IMG/VR virus record: IMGVR_UViG_3300012921_000046
Location: 629 to 64,628 of that record
DNA: 64,000 nucleotides
Source of the DNA: a virus
Taxonomy: Duplodnaviria; Caudoviricetes
Reading direction: 5' to 3' (one strand)
Part shown: piece after piece, positions 37,155 to 43,755 of the stretch
Position numbering within the stretch: the stretch's first letter is position 1
Layout of the letters: every line of letters starts with the position of its first letter
Notes under the pieces: model-generated
What the model was told of the DNA's origin: nothing
What the model saw: only the letters and a program-made list of their open reading frames with translations
Database searches by the model: none
Translations under genes and position numbers: made by a program

Positions 37155-37739
37155 TTAAGCGGCGAGGGCGGAGCGGAAAGCAGGGCTAGCGGCGATTCGG
37201 GTGAAGGCAGCCGCGAAGGCGGCGAGCTGATCGCGGGCTACGTCCTCGTTGACCCCGTGGCCGATAATGGCACAGCGGTTGGACTCGACGCTCACGGTCA
37301 CATCGCCCGAGCTGAACACCAGCCAGTCGGCGTCGCGCTCGTCAACCTCAACGGCGCTCTCAGCATCCCGGTCGGCCTGCTCATCCGCCAGATCGGCGGC
37401 GAGCTGGGCCGCCTCCGCCTGCAAGTCCAGGGCGCGGCGCACGATGCGAGCGGCGGCGCGATGCCAGCAGATGCCCTTGCCGTGCGTGAAGGCGCGGCAC
37501 TGGCAATCGCCGTTGCTCACGTAGAACACGCCCGCCTCGGTCGCGCTCTCGACACGGATGGCGTGGTGGTCAAGGTCGTAGCTGATCGCGTCGGCCTGGA
37601 GCAAAAAATCGTAGGCGCTATCGATCGCGCGGAGCCAGGAAGGGGAGACACTGGCCGCTTCGCGGGCGTTGTCCACGGCCTCGACGATGAAGTCCAGCAG
37701 GTGGGCCGTGCGGATGGTGGTAAAATCGCTGGTAGCCAT
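37155..37739 (-). CDS. SWIM zinc-finger protein
   Basis: YVSNGDCQCRAF...ICWHRAA (CxC...CxH); start MATSDF. Confidence 0.8.
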   Translation of the reverse strand: MATSDFTTIRTAHLLDFIVEAVDNAREAASVSPSWLRAIDSAYDFLLQADAISYDLDHHAIRVESATEAGVFYVSNGDCQCRAFTHGKGICWHRAAARIVRRALDLQAEAAQLAADLADEQADRDAESAVEVDERDADWLVFSSGDVTVSVESNRCAIIGHGVNEDVARDQLAAFAAAFTRIAASPAFRSALAA

Positions 37740-37819
37740 TGGGGAACCTAGCCTTTCCTGGTGGTCAGGCCCTGCGGGAAGGTGACAGCTTCCGTGGGGC
37801 CGCTTGCTTGTATGTGCTA

Positions 37820-37891
37820 AGTATACCATAGTGCAATCGCAATGTCAATACAATTAGAGCTATTGACATAGGGATACGCACTTGCTATAAT
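37820..37891. promoter_or_regulatory. Back-to-back sigma70 promoters
   Basis: Plus: TTGACA(37863-37868)-17-TATAAT(37886-37891); minus: TTGACA(37848-37843)-17-TATACT(37825-37820). Confidence 0.88.
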
Positions 37892-37928
37892 CGGGGCGTG
37901 GTGCTACTATCGGAATAGGAGAGTCGGC

Positions 37929-38207
37929 ATGCCAGAAAGCATCACTATGCCCGTCCGGAGCGCGGTGCCGCTGCTCATTGCTCGCATGAATGTGACGCGG
38001 GCTGAGCGTGGCATGCCGCCGTTAAAGCAGACAGAGATCGCTGCAAGTGCCGGTGTCTCCCAGTCCGTGATCAGTACGCTGTCCTCGGGCAAGTCGAAGC
38101 GGATTGACTTTGAGACGATCGATAGGCTTTGTGGCTTTTTCGGCTGCACACCAGGCGACTTGTTTATCAGGGAGCCTGATCCGGAGCCGGATTCCGGCGA
38201 CCAGTAA
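37929..38207 (+). CDS. Cro/C1-type HTH_26 regulator
   Basis: LKQTEIAASAGVSQSVISTLSSGKSKRIDFETIDRLCGFFGCTPGDLF. Confidence 0.88.
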   Translation: MPESITMPVRSAVPLLIARMNVTRAERGMPPLKQTEIAASAGVSQSVISTLSSGKSKRIDFETIDRLCGFFGCTPGDLFIREPDPEPDSGDQ

Positions 38208-38246
38208 CTAGACTAAGTGTGGCGCAACAAGACAAGGGAGTGATGA

Positions 38247-38471
38247 ATGGCGATCAAACTGAAAACGTTCTGGATTCAGGAGGATGATCCGGGGCAGGCC
38301 CTCCAAATCGCTCATAGCAAAGCATTGGAGTTCTTCCACGACTCTAAGCTCACAGCACCCCAGGTGGTAACGATCAACGAGCAACTATCATCAAACCCGG
38401 CGAACGGCAAGACTATAGCGGTTGTTACGGTCTGGTACGACGACAGCAGGATGCCCCTCAGCGGTCAATAA
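38247..38471 (+). CDS. Small hypothetical protein
   Basis: AAGGGAG RBS; compact ORF. Confidence 0.65.
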   Translation: MAIKLKTFWIQEDDPGQALQIAHSKALEFFHDSKLTAPQVVTINEQLSSNPANGKTIAVVTVWYDDSRMPLSGQ

Positions 38472-38509
38472 AGCGGGCGGCGCTCGCCACGGGCGTGAAC
38501 GTGGCACCA

Positions 38510-38676
38510 TCCCCGCAAGGGGAAGACGATGGGGCGTGGTGAGGTATGGTACGGCGAGGTATGCCGAGGTATGGTCCGGTGAGGCTCGGTGGGGCATGGC
38601 TGGGCTAGGTGCGGCAAGTTAGGGATGCGCCTCCCGCGAAAGCGATCGGAAACTCCGGTCGCTTTCGTGCTTTTTT
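38510..38676 (+). ncRNA. GGY-NN pentamer array 2 (38533-38615) with 5' GNRA hairpin and 3' terminator
   Basis: 16 GGY plus one GCC unit at exact 5-nt period; TCCCC-GCAA-GGGGA upstream; GAAAGCGATCGGA-AAC-TCCGGTCGCTTTC and T6 downstream. Confidence 0.82.
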
Positions 38677-39430
38677 ACGGGTTCTGTCCAATACCAATAT
38701 TAAAACCAAACACCCCCTGACCATCCATGCGATAGACAACCGCAATATCGCCGGGCTCGCCGTTTGTCCACAAACTAAAACCACCCACCTTATCAGGGAA
38801 GCGTTCAATGAGCGAAGCGCTGTAATAGCGGTCTACCATAGAACCAGTGCTATTCATGAATGATTCACGGTACTCAACATCAGACGGTAACAGGGCTTGC
38901 GCAAGCGCGCGGGCTTCGTCTCTTGATACTCGCACTTCACGGTAGGAATAATCGATAATCCACGCTACATCTTCAAGGTACATTACCGAAAGACTTGGGC
39001 CATAGAAAACGAAGCCACCGCTTTCCCTAGTTGGACTTCCATGCTGCCGCTCAAAACTAACTCGCTCCAGGCCCAATCCATTTGAGGCGTACATTGGCGC
39101 TGTCGTTGGCATAGTAGTACGATTCGGCAAGGGCGGACTTGTGCGTAGTGGGCGAGATGTTGGAATGCTCGTGGGGGAGGGTGGCGCAGCGGGGGAGGGT
39201 GGCATAGTCGATTCAGCCGAAGCAGGCAGAGCGGTTAACACTGCGGTTGGAGAGACTTGTGCAGCTTGGGAAGCCGTACCAGTCGGAATTGAGGCTGTCT
39301 GGCGAATACTCCGACTAAGCGTGTTGAGGGCAATCCCGGGAATGCAGCCACAGCACGAAACAAACAACCCAAGCACAATAATAGCTTTGTTAAGCAAGCT
39401 CCGATTCCAAAACGCACGTAACCCCTGCAT
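38675..39430 (-). CDS. Membrane-anchored/lipoprotein moron with Pro/Thr/Ser linker
   Basis: Start MQGLRAFW with AGGAGG RBS; TM helix, PT-rich linker, globular C-terminal domain; lower GC. Confidence 0.75.
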   Translation of the reverse strand: MQGLRAFWNRSLLNKAIIVLGLFVSCCGCIPGIALNTLSRSIRQTASIPTGTASQAAQVSPTAVLTALPASAESTMPPSPAAPPSPTSIPTSRPLRTSPPLPNRTTMPTTAPMYASNGLGLERVSFERQHGSPTRESGGFVFYGPSLSVMYLEDVAWIIDYSYREVRVSRDEARALAQALLPSDVEYRESFMNSTGSMVDRYYSASLIERFPDKVGGFSLWTNGEPGDIAVVYRMDGQGVFGFNIGIGQNP

Positions 39431-39511
39431 GATGCCTCCTGGTGGTGAAGAGGGAACGCAGGGAAGTGTACACACGACAGCCTGTCCCAGCAAGGACAGG
39501 CTGTCGTTTTT

Positions 39512-39810
39512 TCACCAGATTCCGTCGGGCGGGACTTCCATCTCCACGATGTCGATGCCCTGGCCTTGAAAGCGCGCGAGCTCGGTCGGCGGGGCGAAGC
39601 CACCGCGCGCGGCCGGCTTCGTGCTGCTTCGGCGCTCGTGCTTCCGCTTGGGGTCCTGGCGCCGGCTCGTCTCATCCATCCCGACAACCATCACGTTCAG
39701 GTCGATGATGAAGTCCGACCAGTCGGTCTTCATCAGGCTGCTGGGCCGCTGGCCGAACTCCTTGGCGATCGTGTAGAGCAGGTAGACCTCGTCACGCCGC
39801 TCCAGGAAAG
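39512..39810 (-). CDS. Tail assembly chaperone, downstream (T-like) segment
   Basis: Open +1 frame overlapping the 3' end of the G-like gene. Confidence 0.6.
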
Positions 39811-40367
39811 GTGGCGAGCTGCTGCGCTTCCTCCGTGAGCAGCGTGAAGAGCGCCATGCGATCCTCAAACGCGATGTCGGTCACCAGCACCGCGCCGATG
39901 TAGCGGGCCACCAGCTCCGCCCGCGCGGGGTCGTCGAGCTCGGGAGCCTCTTCGCCAGCAGCCGCCGCGTCCAGCCACGCCGCGACCTCCTCGCGCCGCA
40001 CGGCCGTGCCGGCGAACGTCGCGTGCACCTGGTCGATCAGCGCGTTGGCCGCCTCCACGCTCAGCACATGGGGCTGCTTGACCGTGGCACAGACCACAGC
40101 GTTGATCGCAACGACCAGATCGTCGATCTCGTTCAGCACGGCGCTGGTGTCGCCAGTCTGAAGCTTCTCCAGCTTGGCGAAGAGCGGCATCGGCACGACG
40201 CCCTGAGCGGCCAGGTCGGCGAGGTGGATCTTGCGGTAGGTGAGGGCGAGGCCGTCCGAGGTCACAAACGTGCCAACCCGCTTCTTGCGCCAGTCGCGCA
40301 GGTCGAGCGGGGCGGGCGTGGCGGGTGGGGTAGGGGCGGCGGGAATGGGGGTGGGCGTCTTGGGCAC
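39792..40367 (-). CDS. Tail assembly chaperone (G-like)
   Basis: Located right after the tail tube gene; ends ATFPGAA. Confidence 0.7.
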   Translation of the reverse strand: MPKTPTPIPAAPTPPATPAPLDLRDWRKKRVGTFVTSDGLALTYRKIHLADLAAQGVVPMPLFAKLEKLQTGDTSAVLNEIDDLVVAINAVVCATVKQPHVLSVEAANALIDQVHATFAGTAVRREEVAAWLDAAAAGEEAPELDDPARAELVARYIGAVLVTDIAFEDRMALFTLLTEEAQQLATFPGAA

Positions 40368-40447
40368 GGGCTCCTCCTGGGGGAGACGGGCGGGCCGGTT
40401 GGAACGCCGGCCCGCTGCGGGGCATCAAGCCGCGCGTGCGGCAGGAA

Positions 40448-40966
40448 CTAGGTCGACGGCAGGGCGGTGGCGGTCTTGTTGCGCACCATCTGGCAGATGC
40501 CGTTGGTGCTGTCGTCGATGGCGGTGCCCTCGCACTTGGTGACGAGGAACTCGCCGTTCTTCATCTCGCCTTCGAGGCTGGTCACCTTGGCCTTGTAGAA
40601 CTTCACGTGGAAGTCACCGTCGTCGGTGATGGCCCGGCCGTAGAGCTTGACGTAGGGGTAGCTGTCGCCGCCCGACGCCTTCATGGTCGAGGTCTCGGTG
40701 TTGCCCGTGCCGGCCGCCGTGAGCGTCCGCCCGGTGAGCGCCGCGTAGGCCTCCAGCGAGATACCGCCGGCCTCCAGCTCCCAGCTCATCGACTCCAGCG
40801 TGGTGACCGTGGCGACGATCTTGTCGTCGCCCTTCAGCTCGTTGGAGCTGGCCTCCTCCGTGAACTTCATCGTCTGCGCCCAGGGCAGGGCGACGGCGCC
40901 GCCACTGGCGGGGACGATCTTGATCTCCCGCATACCGTATGCGGCAACACTTCCAGTCAGGGGCAT
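40448..40966 (-). CDS. Major tail tube protein
   Basis: ELKGDDK...WELEAGGISLEAYAAL...FYKAKVT...KCEGTA; size and position. Confidence 0.8.
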   Translation of the reverse strand: MPLTGSVAAYGMREIKIVPASGGAVALPWAQTMKFTEEASSNELKGDDKIVATVTTLESMSWELEAGGISLEAYAALTGRTLTAAGTGNTETSTMKASGGDSYPYVKLYGRAITDDGDFHVKFYKAKVTSLEGEMKNGEFLVTKCEGTAIDDSTNGICQMVRNKTATALPST

Positions 40967-40968
40967 GG

Positions 40969-41334
40969 CTACGCCTCCGGGGTGGTGTGGGCGCGGGCAT
41001 CAGCAACCCAGCGCTTCAGGGTGGAGAGCGGCGCAGCAAGGGCGTCGGCGAGCGCCGTCGTGGGGCGCAGCGCGGCGAGGTCGGACACGCTGGCGACCTT
41101 GGCCTCCAGCGCGAGGGTGACGATCTGGTCGAGCGTCAGCCCGAGGGCGGCCAACGGCTCGTCCTTGGCCAGGACAAACTCGCCCGAGGCCAGGCTGCTG
41201 CCCGGCAGGGTCAGGAGCTCGGCGGCCAGGGCGGGATCGGCCACCTCCTGCACGCGTGGCTCGGGGCCCGGCTCCCAGGAGTAGGGCTCGACGACGCGGC
41301 GCACAAAGCTCGGGCCGGTGAAGACGATCCGCAT
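40969..41334 (-). CDS. Hypothetical virion protein
   Basis: Operon position. Confidence 0.6.
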   Translation of the reverse strand: MRIVFTGPSFVRRVVEPYSWEPGPEPRVQEVADPALAAELLTLPGSSLASGEFVLAKDEPLAALGLTLDQIVTLALEAKVASVSDLAALRPTTALADALAAPLSTLKRWVADARAHTTPEA

Positions 41335-41336
41335 CG

Positions 41337-41768
41337 CTACCTCATCAGGACCGCCTGGAAGCGGCAGATAATCAGGGCTGCCCCGAAGAGCGCGTCGTCG
41401 CTCCCGCCCATGTCGTCGTCGAGATGGACGATCTCGTACAGCGTGCCCTCGCCCGGCCCCAGTGGCATGCTCTGGCCGTGCAGCAGGGCGAAGGCCCGAC
41501 GCCGGGCGGGCTCGATCACCGATGTGCCCCCGAGCTGGTACAAAAACAGCCGCACCACCTGAAGCATTGCCCGGCGGCCGGGGCCGACGCTCGTCGCCGT
41601 GCCAGCCTTCACCAGCGCGGCCGGCCCCTTCAGCCGGGCCGTGGTCGGGTCGAAGGCGGCCGGGGTGGTCTGCCGGCTGATCTCGACCACGCCGTCGTAG
41701 AGCCCGCCCGCCATGCCGGCCATGAACGTGGCGTCCGCGCGGAGCGTGGCGGCGATGGTGGCGATCAC
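41337..41768 (-). CDS. Tail terminator-like protein
   Basis: GTG start VIATIAA; position in the head-tail joining cluster. Confidence 0.6.
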   Translation of the reverse strand: MIATIAATLRADATFMAGMAGGLYDGVVEISRQTTPAAFDPTTARLKGPAALVKAGTATSVGPGRRAMLQVVRLFLYQLGGTSVIEPARRRAFALLHGQSMPLGPGEGTLYEIVHLDDDMGGSDDALFGAALIICRFQAVLMR

Positions 41769-42133
41769 CGCAGCACCCCCTCCAGGATGGTCCGAATCTG
41801 CGGCAGCAGCCGCTCGATCGTCGGCATGATGATCGCCCACTTCGCCCCGCGGGACCGCTCCAGGAACACGCCGTGCGGCGCTTCGTGGAACAGGTAGATC
41901 TGGACGAGGTCGCGGGCGGCCAGACTGGACAGCGCGGCGGCGGTCAGGCCCTCGCGCGCCTGCTTGGTGCGGTCGGTCCACCGCGCGTTCTTCCGCGCCT
42001 CGCTCTCCAGCAGGTCGACGATCTGGCTGATCGCCGCCCCCAGCCGCTCGTTGGTGCGCTCCAGGTAGGCCAGGGCCGCCCGCTCCAGCGCCTCGGGCGA
42101 GCCCTGCCACCGGATGTCCAGCTCGACCGTCAC
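41765..42133 (-). CDS. HK97 gp10-like neck/tail completion protein
   Basis: ARKNARWTDRTKQAREGL...HGVFLE...AIIMPT. Confidence 0.75.
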   Translation of the reverse strand: MTVELDIRWQGSPEALERAALAYLERTNERLGAAISQIVDLLESEARKNARWTDRTKQAREGLTAAALSSLAARDLVQIYLFHEAPHGVFLERSRGAKWAIIMPTIERLLPQIRTILEGVLR

Positions 42134-42459
42134 TGGCGCACCTTTGCCTCGGCCGACGTCCGCACCCGCCGCTGCGGGTCGACAAACGTCACCAGATAGC
42201 CCACGCCCGCCACCGCGAACTCGTCGCCCACCTGGATGTCCAGGTCGGCCGGCCCCTTCACCAGCACCGGCCCGCGCGTCTCGGCCGTCTCGTCGTTGCC
42301 GACCCGCACAGCCTGCCCGCCCGCTCCGACGATCCGCACCCGCTGCGTGGCGGGGGTGGTCGTTCGGTTGAGCACGGTGATCGTCACCTCGTTGTCGCCG
42401 CGGGCGCTGGCGAGGTCCGCGCGCATCTGCGCCCAGTCGTCGGCGTCCATCAGGCTCAT
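42130..42459 (-). CDS. Head closure protein
   Basis: DIQVGDEF...YLVTFV; size and position. Confidence 0.65.
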   Translation of the reverse strand: MSLMDADDWAQMRADLASARGDNEVTITVLNRTTTPATQRVRIVGAGGQAVRVGNDETAETRGPVLVKGPADLDIQVGDEFAVAGVGYLVTFVDPQRRVRTSAEAKVRQ

Positions 42460-43136
42460 AAGGTCACCCGCGCACGACTGCCGTAGGGTGTGACCGTCCC
42501 GTTGCCCCCGCCCTGCTGCACGCGGGCGACGGCCGCGGCGAACTGCCCGTCGAAGTCGGTCGCCTGCTCGCGCAGGGCGGCCGACAGCTTCTCTTTGCTC
42601 ACCCGCTCGTCGCCCTGCTGGTACTGCCAGGCCTGGCGCGCCGTGAACGTGGCCTGGAGGCGCAGCGCGTTGGCCCGGGCCTTCAGCAGCACCACCCGCC
42701 CCAGCGCGTCGGACAGCAGCGGGTACACGTCGTTCTCGTCGAGGAGGTAGGCGGCGTCGTAGGCCAGGTCGCGGGTGAGCGTGTAGGCCGGCGTGGGCGA
42801 GATGGTAAGCTGCCCACCGTCGACAGTGAACCGCTCGCTGTCGCGGGCGGACGTGGCCCCGCCCATCGGGATCAGCCCCTCAGCGGCGACGATCAGTGAC
42901 CCGTAGGCGGGCAGGCCGCTGATGCTCCGCAGGCGGAGGAAGTCGGCGGGGAGGGCGTAGGCGGCCGTGCCCCGCTGCACCGAGACGGTGACCGACCGGG
43001 CAGCCGGGGCCCGGTCGGTCAGCTCGGCGACGGCATCTTTGACCGCATCCGCGGCCTGGCTCGGGTCAGGGACGCCGCTCAGGGGCGGGACGTCCGCGCA
43101 GAGCCGGCTGACGAGGTCTGCGAGCCGCTGGGCCAT
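42456..43136 (-). CDS. Head-tail adaptor/connector
   Basis: YALPADFLRL motif; position after capsid. Confidence 0.65.
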   Translation of the reverse strand: MAQRLADLVSRLCADVPPLSGVPDPSQAADAVKDAVAELTDRAPAARSVTVSVQRGTAAYALPADFLRLRSISGLPAYGSLIVAAEGLIPMGGATSARDSERFTVDGGQLTISPTPAYTLTRDLAYDAAYLLDENDVYPLLSDALGRVVLLKARANALRLQATFTARQAWQYQQGDERVSKEKLSAALREQATDFDGQFAAAVARVQQGGGNGTVTPYGSRARVTL

Positions 43137-43160
43137 CCGGTTCCTCCTCCGCCGCTCGTC

Positions 43161-43685
43161 CTACTTCCCGCGCTTCCGCGCGGCCGGCTGCTTCGGCTCG
43201 GGCTCGGGCTCCGGCTCGGGCTCCGGCTCGGGCTCCGGCTCGGGGGCCGCCTCCTGGGCGGCGTCGCGCACCGCGGCCTGGGCCTCGATCGTCGGCTGGT
43301 GCTCGGGCGCCGGGTCCGGGTGCGGCTGCGACACCTGGTCGACGGCGGCCTGCGCCTCGGCCCGGACCCGCTCGGCCTCCAGGTAGCTCTGGAAGCCCGG
43401 GTCGGTCACTGAGCCGGGGGCGAGCTGGCCGGTCGCCGCGTCGTCGGCGATGCCGGAGGTGGGCGGGACGGCCACCGCACCGGCGGCCGGCTGCGGGCCG
43501 GCGATCGGGTCGACAACCGGGGTGGGAGCGGGCGTGCCCTCGACGATCTCGAGGTCGCCCTTCTGGCCGTCGTCCACTTGGTTGTAGAAGGCGATGTTGA
43601 CCGTGCGGCTTTCCCCCGGGCTGAGGAAGTGCCCGGCGAGCAGAACGGGCTCCTTGCCCGTGTTCTTCACCGTAACCTGAGACAT
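43161..43685 (-). CDS. Hypothetical protein with (Pro-Glu)n tract
   Basis: C-terminal PEPEPEPEPEPEPEPEPK encoded by a 6/12-bp tandem repeat at about 43192-43245. Confidence 0.7.
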   Translation of the reverse strand: MSQVTVKNTGKEPVLLAGHFLSPGESRTVNIAFYNQVDDGQKGDLEIVEGTPAPTPVVDPIAGPQPAAGAVAVPPTSGIADDAATGQLAPGSVTDPGFQSYLEAERVRAEAQAAVDQVSQPHPDPAPEHQPTIEAQAAVRDAAQEAAPEPEPEPEPEPEPEPEPKQPAARKRGK

Positions 43686-43755
43686 GGGCCCTGCCTTTCG
43701 TAGGTGGGAGGGAGGGGGCGGCCCCTCCCCGAACGCGAAGCGGAACAGCGCGAGC

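Noticed and set aside
43192-43245. Tandem GGCTCG/GGCTCC repeat as a third GGY-NN array
   Set aside because: The period is 6 nt and it encodes the (Pro-Glu)n tract of the 43161-43685 protein.
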